From assembly GCA_051362555.1 (NCBI GenBank), contig CM120648.1:10660587-10724586 (forward strand): 64,000 nucleotides of DNA, given 5' to 3'. Shown piece by piece: positions 37,435-50,400 of this stretch; positions within the stretch are counted from its first letter, which is position 1, and every line of letters begins with the position of its first letter. Made by a program: the position numbers and the translations under genes. This DNA is from Lingula anatina. Taxonomy: Eukaryota > Animalia > Brachiopoda. The notes beneath the pieces were generated by a model. That model saw nothing but the letters and a program-made list of their open reading frames with translations, was not told the origin of the DNA and did not search any database.

Positions 37435-40400
37435 TCAACTTTCCTTCAATAATCCCACCATCTGTTTGAACATATTTTCACTAGATTGAATGAATGTACG
37501 GTAAATGTCAAGTAACCTAGACGCAGATGTGGACCGTCTTTCTGGTACAATCTGTGAAAACACATAATTCCCCTCTTCCATCCACTGCGGACGCCGTCTA
37601 GTGCGTGTGGACCGCCTAGGCTGGACTGGTGTATCATTTTCCTGCACATCTTCACTTTCGCTTTCCACTTGCGATTCTTGCTCACTGTCGTCCTCTCGAT
37701 CCTCCTCCTCTACGCTAACCCTTTCATTACTACCGTCTTCATCAGGGATCATTTGTTCAGACCCATATCGTACAACATAATGTACACCAGAAGAATCATC
37801 AGAGTCCTCTGTTATCTCTGAAAATTCATTCTCGTGTCTGGGTCTACAGGTACTTACCTTAGTGATTTTCTCTTCCCGCAAATCCATGGGCAAAATCAAA
37901 GGTAAAAGCAAATTTCTATGAACATTTTTTATGTTCCCTTTTCCATTTTCTTGTCTGATCATATACACTGGTATATTAGAGTCATTCTGACCAACAATCA
38001 CATATACCTCTTTTCTCCATTTGTTAGCCAATTTGTGTTTCCGTTTTAAGCCTACATTTTTTAACAAAACTCGATCCCCTACCTCAGGTACTACCCCTCT
38101 ACACCGATTGTCATACCTTTGCTTGTTTTTAGACCTTTTCCCTTTTGCTCTCTCATTAGCAATGCTGTATGCTGTTTCCAATCTCTCTTTCAACATACTT
38201 ATATACCTTTCATAGTCCTTGTGCTCATCCTTCGTGTACAGACCAAAAATTACGTCTACTGCAAGCCGGGGGGCCCTCCCGAACATTAAGTAGAACGGAC
38301 TAAAGCCTGTGGACTCGTGCACCGTGCAGTTGTAAGAGTGAACTAATGAAGGTACATACCTTTTCCAGTCAAGTTTTTGGTCATCATGGAGTGTACGCAT
38401 CATACCTATTAAAGTTCTGTTAAAACGTTCCGTAACTCCGTTTCCCATGGGGTGATAGGGGGTCGTTCTGGATTTTTCTATTCCCAGTAATTTACACAAC
38501 TCTTTGATTACCTTTGATTCGAAGTTGCGCCCCTGATCGCTGTGCAATCTTAAAGGAAATCCATAGGGAATCATGAAATTGTCAAATAAGACTCTAGCAG
38601 TTGTTACGGCTGACTGATTTTTTGTAGGTATAGCCCATGCATATTTTGTGAAAACATCTGTGAGCACAAGTATGTTACTTACCCTACCTTTGGACTCTTC
38701 CGAACTAAGGAAATCCATACACACAATTTCCATGGGTTGAGATGCAACTAAATGCCCCATTGTTGCGCTCTCGGGTAAGTGTGGACTTTTTCCCAATTTA
38801 CATGGTCTACACATTTTTAATTTCTCGCTAACAAAGTGATTCATTCCTGGCCAGAAGAACCGTTGTTTTACAATTGACAGTGTACGATCCCTACCTTGAT
38901 GTCCCATTTCATCATGAGTTAAAGTAAAAACTTTCTCTCTCCATGCACTAGGCACCACTAACCTCTTTCTGTCCGCATGATCGACATGATACAATACACC
39001 ATCCACCACTTTCAGCTTCTTCCATGATCTCTTAAAAGGTTTCATATTGTCGGTTCGTGGTAGGTTTCTGAAATTATCTGAATTTAATTTAACTTCTCTC
39101 ACCTTTTGAATCACTGGATCCTGACTTTGCTCTTCCTGCCAATCAACTTTCAAATCTTCCCACTCTGCTACTTGGGGGAAACACTTAGGATGAAAAGGAA
39201 GATTTTCAGAATAACCAACATCCAAACCTACACTGTGATCATTACTACACATGTCTTTCACAATCTGTGAAGAACAATGACACTTTCTAGTAGGTAATCG
39301 TGACAGGGCATCCGCGTCAATATTGGACTTACCTGACAGATAGCTTAACTCAAAATCATACGCGGCTAAACTTGCCAACCACCGATGACCTGCAGCGTCT
39401 AACTTAGCTGTAGTAAGAATGTATGTTAGTGGATTATTGTCTGTAATAACCACAAATTTATGCCCATACAAATAATCGTGAAATTTTTGAGTTACCGCCC
39501 ACTTCAGCGCAAGAAATTCCAATTTGTTTGAGCAATAATTTTGCTCATTGCGATTTAATGCCCGACTAGCGTAAGCTACCACACGTGTGTTACCATCTTG
39601 CTTTTGGCATAACACTGCCCCTAACCCACTAGAACTCGCATCAATGTGCAATTCAAAAGGGAGTGTATAATCAGGATAGCATAAAATGGGAGGATTAGTA
39701 AGTTTTTCTACAAGCGTTTCGAATGCTTTCTGGTGCTCCTCCTTCCATACCCAATGGGCGGCTCCCTTCTTTCGTTGTTCTTCTTTGGTCAGCTCGTAGA
39801 GAGGTTTTGCTATTTTCGCGAAGTCTTTCACAAATCTGCGGTAAAACCCAGCAAAACCTAAAAACCTTTGTGTCTCTTTAATGTTAGTAGGAGTTTTCCA
39901 GTGTCTCAAACAATTTATGTTTTCTGAATCACATTCAATGCCTGCACTTGAAACAACGTGCCCTAAATACTTTATTTACTGTTGTAAAAATTGACACTTT
40001 GAAGGTTTAAGCTTCAACCCTGCTTTTTTTAATCGACACAATACTTCTCTGACTCGAGCAACGTGTTCGCTAATGGATTCTCCTGAAAAAAAATGATAAT
40101 ATCATCAAGATAAATCATACAGGTTTTTAAATTCAAATCACCAATCACACTTTCCATCAAATGCTGAAACGTTGCAGGACTATTGGTCAATCCCATCGCC
40201 ATCCTGTTACACTCATAAAATCCAAGCGGTCCTACTGTGAATGCCGTCTTTGCTTTGTCTTCTTCTTTCAACTCGACTTGCCAATAGCCACTACACAAAT
40301 CTAACGATGAAAACCAAACCGCCCCTTTCAGAGCATCTAGCGTCTCTTCAATCCGCGGTAATGGGTGAGCGTTTCGTACCGTGCGGTTGTTTAATTTTCT

Positions 40401-41606
40401 ATAATCGATACAGAACCTTAAAGAACCGTCTTTCTTCCTGACCAGAACTACGTTCGATGCCCATGGACTAGCAGATTCTCGTATCACACCAGCAGTCTTC
40501 ATCTCATCCAAGTACTCTCTCACTTCTTCATACAGTGCAGGAGGAATACGTCTCGACCGGTCTTTAAACGGAACGCTATCTGTTAATTCAATTCCATGTT
40601 TAACAACCGACGTTTTCCCTATATCCAATTTGTGTTGAGCAAACACCGATTTCTGCTCCAAAAGCAAATCTTTGATCAGGGAAATTCCTTCCCCGGATGC
40701 CGGTAAATTAATACACCTTATAAAACTTTCATCATCGAGTTCACTTGACGGATTCATCATGGTAACCTGAGAAATCCGGGCTACTGTGGTCCCAGGCTGC
40801 AATACCACCGATTTTGACTGATGATTAGAAATCTCAATTTCAAAATTCCCATTACTTAAATCAATCACCCCTGGAGTCACGCGCAACCCGTCTTCGTGAT
40901 GCACACCACACTCTGCCACTCCACAATCTTGAACCATTGCAATTGTTCGTGGAATTGGGATAACTATCTGTGACACACAACAAACAAATTTCGATTGGTT
41001 TGGACCAACTTCGATTTTCTCTTTATTTCTCAATAATCCATACACCCCTTGGGATTTTTCCAAATGTCTTTTTCTCAATTTCACAGTTTGTAACGCTAAA
41101 CTGACTGATTTACAAATTTTATCATTTGGTATTCTACCCTGATATTTATTTTCCAGTTGTTTGTACAACCTATCGAGAACATTTGTTCCTATCGACATGG
41201 GAATTTGTTGGTTATATTCGGTATCAGGGGCCACCAGCACAGGGAATACACCTACCACGTGTGCTGTCCCATCCACTGGAATAGCTATCTCCAATTCTAC
41301 ATAACACGAGTAGGGCAGGTTTTCATCTTGGGGTCCCTTCACTAAAAGAAGTTGATCAACAGAATACCTAGGTAAATCAGGAAACTGCTGCTGAATAAAA
41401 GAATCACTTACACAAGTAACCATTGATCCAGAATCAACCAAAGCATATGTACAAATATTATTTACAATTGAAACGGACTCATTTGAGCTTCCCACTAAAT
41501 TTTGTAATAACTTTTGAAATGAATCATCTGTTTGAATTGTATTCTTGGGATCCTCTTTCTTACTGGTCTCCAGTGATCACTCCCTGGACAACTTTACCTG
41601 TTTAAA
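37435..41606 (-). pseudogene. pol: Pol of element 2 (PR-RT-RH-IN), disrupted
   Basis: ALVDSGS, YLDD, HIDASS, HDEMGH..CRPC and CMDF..SDQG..TERFN are all present. Lesions: TGA at 41579-41577, a frameshift at the A8 run 40086-40093, and TAA at 39978-39976. Confidence 0.92.
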
Positions 41607-42589
41607 GTCTTCTGAAGGAGTTTCTTCTGAACTAACTCTGCATTCGCTGTTTTCTCACATCCATTTGCTACATGGCCATCCTCCCCACATTTAAAACAAA
41701 AAATACTCTTTTTACCACGCCGCTCCTTTCTCTCTACCTTAGTCTTTACCTCAGGCCGCGACGCTGTGGAAGGTGCACACACTTGACCTTTAGCCTCTAA
41801 CTTGGCCACTCTGGCTTGTAACTCCTCCATCATCTTGACATTAGCTGCCTCAGATTCCTTTGAAACCGTCATGGAGTGGACTCTGGCTTCTTTCTTCTTT
41901 TCCAAACGTAACCTCTTCTCCGTTCGTCTGGCTTCTTCTCTTCTCACTAATAAAAGTAACTCGGCAAAACTAGGAGGATCTGTTAATTTTTCTAAATCAA
42001 GTTTATTTATTAACTCCTCATCAAAACTCCCACGAATAAATTGTCGTAAAAGATGCTCTGGGACTTCTCTAACTTCAATTCCACCCCTTTCTACAACCTG
42101 CATCACCTGTAAGTACAACCTCTGTAAATATTGTGATGGTGTTTCTTTTTCCTTTTGGTAATTAATAAAAAACTGCACTAAGAGTTCTTTACCATCGATT
42201 ACTATCCCGTATACATTCTTTAAAATATCAACAACCTGTGTTGCAGTGGTAGCTTCTCTGACAGTGTCCAAAGCCAGCCTTAAAAGACTTTGCTTAAGTA
42301 TTCTACAATTTTTAGTATCTGACCCTTCGTCCAATATAGATTCTAATTGCATTATCCACGTTTCAAAATCAACTTCTCCATGTGGAGTTGGACTTCTTCC
42401 CGAAAATAGCCGTAATTTACGCGAATACCCACCCACATGTGGAGCAGCGCGAGGTGGTTGAGAAACACTGTCGCGCTCATGGGAAGCATTAGATCTACTG
42501 CTTTCGGACTCGGGACTGAGTAACTGCAACACCGCAGCTTTGTCTTCTGGGCTTAGAGCCTGTAATTGCTCTCTTAAATGGGTATCCAT
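41594..42589 (-). CDS. gag: Gag of element 2, PNMA-like with CCHC knuckle
   Basis: YSRKLRLFSGRSPTPHGEVDFETW (PNMA-type) and CFKCGEDGHVANGC. Likely ATG (AACATGG) at 42589. Ends in T TTA AAC (41606-41600). Confidence 0.92.
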   Translation of the reverse strand: MDTHLREQLQALSPEDKAAVLQLLSPESESSRSNASHERDSVSQPPRAAPHVGGYSRKLRLFSGRSPTPHGEVDFETWIMQLESILDEGSDTKNCRILKQSLLRLALDTVREATTATQVVDILKNVYGIVIDGKELLVQFFINYQKEKETPSQYLQRLYLQVMQVVERGGIEVREVPEHLLRQFIRGSFDEELINKLDLEKLTDPPSFAELLLLVRREEARRTEKRLRLEKKKEARVHSMTVSKESEAANVKMMEELQARVAKLEAKGQVCAPSTASRPEVKTKVERKERRGKKSIFCFKCGEDGHVANGCEKTANAELVQKKLLQKTLNR

Positions 42590-44167
42590 GTTGAGATATC
42601 CCCAATCAATGCAATCACACCACTCGCATTCACAAGTGCTCACCAAAAATCATGGGAAAATGCTCACAAAAAAAATAATAAAATAATAATAATAATTGAT
42701 AAATAATTAAAAAAATTAATACTCAATTAATTGAATAATTGACCTTGATTGATTAATTCAATAATCTACATCCAATCAATTACTTCTAAAATCTAATTCA
42801 CTACTGATTGAACTGCAATTAATATAGCCTTAAAGTAAGCTCAATTAATGAACAAAAATCTAACTTATTCAATTTAAAATTAATTATGCTTATCAAGAAA
42901 CTATTTAATCAATCAATAATGATAACCCAATTTGAAGGAAGTTCCACAAAGGTAATGATTTAGTAACACTAGGTAAAACACAAGGAGGCTGGGGTCAAAA
43001 ATGGGGTCAATGAAAAATTAAATGATCAAAATTTAAATAATAAGCAATTAGCACAAATGATCAAATTAAACCGATAATTAATGGAAAACAAACTTAAACT
43101 ACTCAAATAGGGAATGCCCAAACGAACGTGAAAAGCTGTATTACCTCTATTAAAAAATAAAGGACTACTTCTCAAACCAAACCCTAATCAGGTTGGTATC
43201 AAATTAATTAAATAGAAGAAAGAGAAATATTATGATGGTAGTGGCTTATTGAACCAAAATATCGGGTATCAACTAAAACAAATCAAAAATTAACTTATTA
43301 ATCCAAACTATGAGTGATTAACCAAAATGAAAATAACTAAAAATTCTACCTCTATTAAGATAACAAAACAAAAAAAATGTAACCAATGTAATAAAAATGT
43401 CAAATGAAATCAATGAAAATGAAAATAAAATGCAACCGAACCAGTACTAAATGATAGATGCAGTTTAAACACAAAATAATTCACATCATTATAAGTAGGA
43501 TGGTTGCTGTTAGGCTTGATTTAGTAATGCAAGTAATTGCAATCACTACATTTAAGTGTTATTCGGCCACTAATGCATTGTTATCACAATGACGTGCCAC
43601 TGAAACACTACAACAAACAATGGACACCACTTCAAAGGGATACTAACTGCACAATCACAATTATACACGTAGAGCGGAAGCTTTGCACAAATTATACCCA
43701 ATAATATGCTAGTGGTTAAACACACAAACAATCAATTATTGGGTGAGCAACTGTTACACACAGAAGCACAAATAAGGGCCAAGTCAATATAACATGAGAC
43801 GGCACACACAAACACAATCACTAGACAGGAGGTAATACAATGAGCGAAACATATAAAGCAACACAATACATGGGGATAAAAAATGTGTATACTTATCACT
43901 TTCTGCTCGACCTCCTTTAATTCCGCCGTCCACTGCAATTAACTAATGCCTGTACACATCCAGAAATGAAAGAATTAAATGCGTAGAGTCCGATTTCAAA
44001 ATAATATAGTGAACACAGTTACAATTGTCACTGTCCGTTTAGATCATGAAAGTCCTTGCATTCTGATTGACCACTGTCTCCGAATGAATACAAGGCCTCC
44101 GCTGTGGTGGATCTCATCACACGCAATAATGGACCTGTGAATTACGAAGATGTACTCGCACATCAGT

Positions 44168-44420
44168 AACACCAGGGGATCGCATCGGTAACACAAGGGG
44201 ATCGCATCGGGAATCACCAGGGGATCGCATCGGAGAATCACATCTGGAATCACCAGGGAGTCGCAACGGAGAATCGCATCTCGGAATCATCAGGGGATAA
44301 CACCGGGAAGTTGCACCTTGGAATCATCAGAGAATACTTCAGGATATTTATACCTCTGAATCATCATGGATTACCTCACCAGGAAGTAATACCGGGAAAT
44401 CGTATCTGAATCACCAATCT
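44168..44420. repeat. Degenerate ~22-bp tandem repeats in the element 2 leader
   Basis: caccaggggatcgcatcgg(a/t)a unit, repeated with decay. Confidence 0.8.
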
Positions 44421-44784
44421 GTCGGAGATCAGTCTGTAAGTCAGTTTTCATTGTAGCTCCACACTATGGAGAATCGGAGAAGGATATTCGTTAAACCTCC
44501 TCTCAGAGCCATCTTTACTCTGTTATAAGTCCGCAAAGTGAATACTTTGGAGCTCAATTTCCGATACACCAAGATATCACATATTAGGTCGGCGAATAGT
44601 TAATTTAATGCTCAGAATATAATCGTATTTCTGTCTTTGTCATAAGAAAGTCACGAGCTCACCTGTACAACTTTGTGCTTGATCGGAGCTCACGGCTTCA
44701 TCAGAAAAGTGTATCCGATCTCAATGAAAGAACGATCCACATTTTAGTCCAGGAAAGTCACATTTGACTGCTGAGCATTTGGTA

Positions 44785-44802
44785 ATCCTGTCGACTGCGC
44801 CA
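44785..44802 (-). promoter_or_regulatory. Primer binding site, tRNA-Ser-like
   Basis: TGGCGCAGTCGACAGGAT beside the 5' LTR; complementary to a tRNA-Ser-type 3' end (ATCCT..CGACTGCGCCA). Confidence 0.82.
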
Positions 44803-44806
44803 TTTT

Positions 44807-45110
44807 TGTAACCGAGGCACGACAAAAAATGTATTGTCCTTTTAGAAAAATCTTTATTCGTGCTATCTACACAGCCGATCACTGGTGTATCTCACTTTGA
44901 ATTACGCGCCAACCGCTTTTATAGTCCAGGGTCACATGACCCACGTGACATAAAAAGGGCGCTAACACCAGTATGCATATTCATATCACATATTTATATA
45001 CAAGAGCTATTTATAATAAGGCACTTATATCAATGTACGCTACAATATACTATTACATATATATATATATTTATACCTGTGAATACATGAAATACATGTA
45101 CCCTATTACA
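44807..45110 (-). repeat. 5' LTR of element 2
   Basis: Identical to 36711-37014 (offset 8096); adjacent to the PBS. Confidence 0.95.
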
Positions 45111-46080
45111 TAAATATTCCATAAAGACCTTAAAAGGTTTCTTGGGATGGGGATTTGTATTCATTTTGACCTGCGCGTAGGGACTATTTATTAACATAAA
45201 GCGGGACGTAATAAGTCTGTGGTGCGTCAGTTCGTTTACCGGAGTCGATACCGTGTTAGTTATGTTGATTTTTTTCAAAAAGAGATCGTTTCAAATGACT
45301 TTTCATAATGTAAGTACCCAGTACGTTTAAATGAGCATTTTTTAAATCCATACATGGTATTTTAGAGAAATGAATAATTTACTATATTTATGTATTTATT
45401 CATTTATTCTGATAATGATAAATTAGCCTCTCTCTTTAGATGAAAAACAGGGGAACAGCAATATTCATCCAAACATAACATTCTAGGCCTACAGTACCCT
45501 TTCCACTGATTAACTTTTGCTCCTCGGCCTACAGTACCCTTTCCAATGATAACCTTTGCTCCTCGTAAAAGTTTCTCGCTTTTAAACAACCCGTCCGTCA
45601 ACTGAGATTATCATAAGTATTTATTTGATTTCGTTTTAAGACCATTTTATCGTTACATTTTCTTTCATCTCTGTGTGTGTGTCAACAATTGATGTCAACA
45701 ATTGATAATCGCTATTGATTTTCGTATTCATGCTACTAAGGCTTAATGCACCTCTGGCATAGTAACTATGGGGTGTATAAACATAGTATTTACACAGCCA
45801 AGTTCATGTGTTGTATTCAGACGCGTTAAATGCTGGCAGTTTACAGAAATGTCCGCTCAAGCCGATAGAGTGTACCGGTATGTTATGAAGGATTTAAAAA
45901 GAAACTGTTTACAAATGGACTCATCAACAGGCTTGTACAGCTGCTGCAAACGTCATCTAGATTTACTGTTGCTTCAAACTCTTTAACCAGAGGACAAAAC
46001 TGCATGATGAAGGTATTCACGTTGAGGAGACATTTCAAAACAAATATGGATCCCCACGTAGCTACCGGTACATGTACTGG

Positions 46081-46259
46081 CAGGCCCGTAGCCAGGGAGG
46101 GGTTCGGGGGGGGGGGGGGGGTTCGAAAGAACCGCCCCTTTTGGTGGGAAGAGGTCCCCTCTGAGTGAACTTTGATCTAGGTACATGAACTTTTTATGGG
46201 TAAAGGTCCACTTTTTCAGAAAAAGAACTCCCCTTTTGAAATTACTGGCTACGGGGCTG
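46081..46259. mobile_element. MITE (CAGGCCCGTAGCCAG family), TSD TACTGG
   Basis: Duplicate of 23997-24170 with the same TSD. Confidence 0.85.
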
Positions 46260-46789
46260 TACTGGTGTTAAAAAGTTTAAAAGCGTAACAGTTTAACCCT
46301 GGTATTATAGTATATATATATATATATAGCGGTTTAAGTATATACTGAATATCGGTGCTATGTACTTGTAGGGAACTACGACTGTGGTAGGGTGGTAGAA
46401 AGCAGGGAGATCCAGTGTGAGAGGTTAGTTGAAAATGTTTGCCTTTTGTACGAGAGATAATTGAAAAGATTTCGAACTTAACCCCAGTAATCAGTAAGTG
46501 AGGAGAATATGATGGTTTTCTGTCTGGTCCCAAGATCTTCATGCCCAAATGTTCACATCCCTTTTCGTGGCATTTTCACCTTACATTTATTGCGTGACTA
46601 TCCATTACATATGGCCTTTATTATGTCATTCTATATCTAACTTATTCTTATACCTCAATCAAAAGCTTAATTCTTATCATGAACCTACAACACCATAATC
46701 AACTTCATCCAACGTCCCACAAAGAAACAGCTTGTTGATACCAGCGTTAATGATAGAGTGACACATTTAAACAACAACGTACTGTATAA

Positions 46790-46820
<31 letters not shown>

Positions 46821-47334
46821 GTAAACGCCTCTGAGATCGACACCGGCGTTTGATCCTTTTCAGGAGGGCGTGATTCATATAGGTGGATAGTCTGGCGTGA
46901 ATGGTGGCAAAAACTGTGTGAGGTGCCCTTTCGTATACCACGGGGTTTTCGTCAAAAGTTGCATGGTAGGTCTCTTTGGAGGTGTGGTGGCTGATGCATT
47001 CGTGGTTAATATGGCGGGACTCCCCTATCATGAGGGGATTTGGTGCCATTTTTTTTTTTTTTTTTTTTGCATGTCTATCTAAAGCCTAGATACATTTGCA
47101 CGGGCGCCGTGCGATTAAATTGTAGGTACGATTATTATTATTTTTTTTGAAAGAGTAAGGAGCTACGGGCTACGTGACCATGGCACTTTCAGAATGTGGC
47201 TTGATTATTTTTGTTGTGAGGTCGCAAGCGTACTAGTCGGAATTATCTTAGTGGGTCAAGGCTAATCAGAGCAACAATATAATTTAAATGGAGTTTTAAA
47301 GCCAAGTTGTTGTTAATGTAAATTGCGATTCAAG

Positions 47335-47399
47335 ATGCATCCTACGTTTAAATCGTTGGAGAAGGAGCAGCTGAAGGCCATGGAAGGGCGTATAACAGG

Positions 47400-47458
<59 letters not shown>

Positions 47459-50400
47459 TATTAAAAGTGGGGTAAACACGCTAAGCACTTTAACGCTTAG
47501 TGCCCAGCGAGGAGACGGCAGGTATCATTTCTATAATGGTATGGAGGGATGGAGAAATGGATGGCGAGAGGGAGATTAAGCACTGTCGTGCATGGTTTCA
47601 AGTTTTCATAAAGAGAGCAATCCGTTTTATATCAGTCAATTTTCATAAGCATCAAACACTGTGTCATAGATGTTGACCTTATCCCAAATACCAGTGCTTA
47701 TGCTGTAGTTATCAAAATGTAAACGAGGCTAGACGTGTAATGTATAATTGGGTCAGTGTCCTCATGATAATGATGATGATGGGAGACCTAGGGACCCCTT
47801 TTTTCTTTTTTTTATTCGATCAGGTAGAGCACTGGACGAGTAGATCCAAGTTACAGTATTAAAATAGAACAGCTAATACCCGTCACATCAATCATTGAAC
47901 CATGATAAGTTATTAGTATACTTGATTTATAGCCCTGAGTCAAACAATTTGTGAATTAAACAATAAAAAATAAAAACCAATCTCCCTATCCTGTCTTCAT
48001 ATGCAACAATCATTTTATATTGTTATTTTTTATACATTAATAATATAATAATAATTAAAGAATAAAGGAAGAAAACAGGAGTGTGTAGGAAAAGAACTCA
48101 TACCCCCTTCTTATAATTAATTAGTACCAACGACGTCATCCACTGTGCCACCAGCTTTACAATTGTCTTTTGTGTTATTGGGAATATATGATACCGTCAC
48201 ACATGCCGAAACTTTACGGAAATTGCCGAAGAAATGCCTTCAAAGATAGAAAAATCCCTTTTAAGAGTTATAATCAAATTCAAACTATGGCCACTATCAC
48301 CAAACTGTACGCCTAAGGCTTTGCTAACCCCTGTCCGTTGTCAACAGATCGCATACAGCTTGATCAGTTTGTCAAATATAAGTGTTTTTCCTTTGCTGTA
48401 CATTTACTTCCAGGCACAATCCCATCATGGCTGCAAGGCAGTTTTTACCGAAACGGCCCAGGAAAATACGAAGTCGGTGACACAAAATATAACCACCTGT
48501 TCGATGGGCTGGCTCTCCTGCACAAGTACTCCATTCGTGACGGGAATGTCACCTACCAGAATAAGTTTCTGAAGAGCGATACCTACAAAAGGAACATGGA
48601 GGCCAATAGAATTGTCGTGGCGGGGTTAGGCACGGTTGCCCATCCAGACCCGTGCAAGACGTTGTTTCAGAGGTAAACCTGTGAGGAGTGAAAAATGTTT
48701 CGGTTCACGCTCGTTTTAGCCCTTTTCATAAATTGTTGTGATATAATTCGTTGTTAAATTGTTCGGTAAGTGCCCCAAGTTATATTTTTGTTGATAAACA
48801 CCCATGTAAGCTATTTACTTGTAACTTTTCCCTAGTCAGGCTTAAGACCCCTCAAACAAAATTACCCTATGAGTCTATGACTATATTTCCTTTTGTATAT
48901 TGTATCTTCTTTTCATCTTTTTTTAAAGGTTTTTGTCATATTTCACATTCAACGATGACGTGGTAAACGACAATTGCAACGTTAACATTTACCCGGTGGG
49001 GGACCAGCTGTTTGCCTGTACGGAAACTCATTGGTTGAGGAGAATCGACCCGGAGACGCTGGAGACTCCTGGGAGGGTAACCAACAAATTCTTAATTAAA
49101 TAATAAAACAGAGAAAACATGTAAAGTGCATATTTATCTTTCACGTGACCCTCCAATAAATATACTCAGGCGCTCAGTAGAATTAGGAAAAGGGAACCAA
49201 ATACTGCATTGAACTATTTTTATTTCCTGCGACAACTGTCCAAAGATGCAATTTCAGTGTGAGGTCTTTTAAAAGGCTCTGACACTGGACAGCTGACCAT
49301 GAGAGTCATACTGATCACGTGCATCTGACTGCAAGGCATTTAAAGCCACATGATCGCCTACGAAGACGCACATGATTCGAGTGAGGTGACACTGTAAATC
49401 TGAACGAATCTGTACTTCAACGCCAACCTAGCCCTTTTCATCATTCTAACGCCAGAAGAGATCGTGTTTCACTTCACATTGCTAGAAAATGACTGACCAA
49501 ATTTGCAAAATCCACACTTTCAGAACTACAGGACCAAGAGTATATACCGCTTTAATAAAATGAAATTCAATCAGATTTGAAATGCATATGATGTACTTGC
49601 ACAGGTAGCTACATGTTCCAGGGCCGTAGCCTGAGCAAAATGCCAGGGGGGGCAGTAAGCGGATACGAGGGGGTGAAGCCCCTGAGGGGGGGAGGGGATG
49701 CCCCCCCTCCCACGGTGTGGAAAAAATTTAAAAACTGTATGTATAATACTGCATTCTGGTGCATTTTAATTGTTATTTATTGCTCAATCAGAAGTCAGAA
49801 ATTGTGGGTTCATTTTGCATTTGCGATTATTTCTTTTGCACCTCAAATTCCAGGGGGGGCAGCTGGCCCCCCTGCCCCCCCGGAGGCTACGGCCCTGTGT
49901 TCCCTACAAATTGATACACAACAAACATTGCTGTTTACAAACTATGTAGATAATTTAAAATGTGAGCTATCGGAAAGTTATGCACCAGATTGTGGGTTAT
50001 CTGGGGGTAATTCACCTATTACACATTCATTGATAGATATCTGATCATAGAATGCCTTTTGCAGGTCAATATTTCCCAAATCGTGGCCACCAACAACGCC
50101 ACTGCCCACCCCCACTACGACAGAGATGGCAGTGTTTACAATATCGGAACCTGCTTCAGGGGAAGACCAAAGTTAACGGTGGTACGATGGAAACCAGACC
50201 CTCAAGGTTTGAACACTCTAAAAATGTTGCTCTAAATATGGATAATAAGCGAGAGCTTTTATGTCATACTTTGGTCCACAAGCCCGACCAGATTTCACCA
50301 TAGCACAGATTTCAGAATAATTATGTTATGTTTACCGCCGTTCTGTGGTATTATGAAAATCTTATATTTCTCCGTGCTGTTTACAATGTTTTATTGCAGA

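Larger units (their letters stand above)
36711..45110 (-). mobile_element. Full-length Ty3/Gypsy LTR retrotransposon (element 2), 8400 bp
   Basis: Identical 304-bp LTRs, TAAA TSD (36707-10 and 45111-14), PBS, G-rich PPT, gag and pol. Confidence 0.97.

Noticed and set aside
41577-41579. TGA after the slip site as programmed readthrough or selenocysteine
   Set aside because: The context is not a known leaky one, no SECIS is evident, and two more lesions lie downstream; simple mutation is more likely.
44168-44420. Short repeats resembling a CRISPR array
   Set aside because: They are adjacent degenerate tandem units with no unique spacers, inside a retrotransposon leader in eukaryotic DNA.
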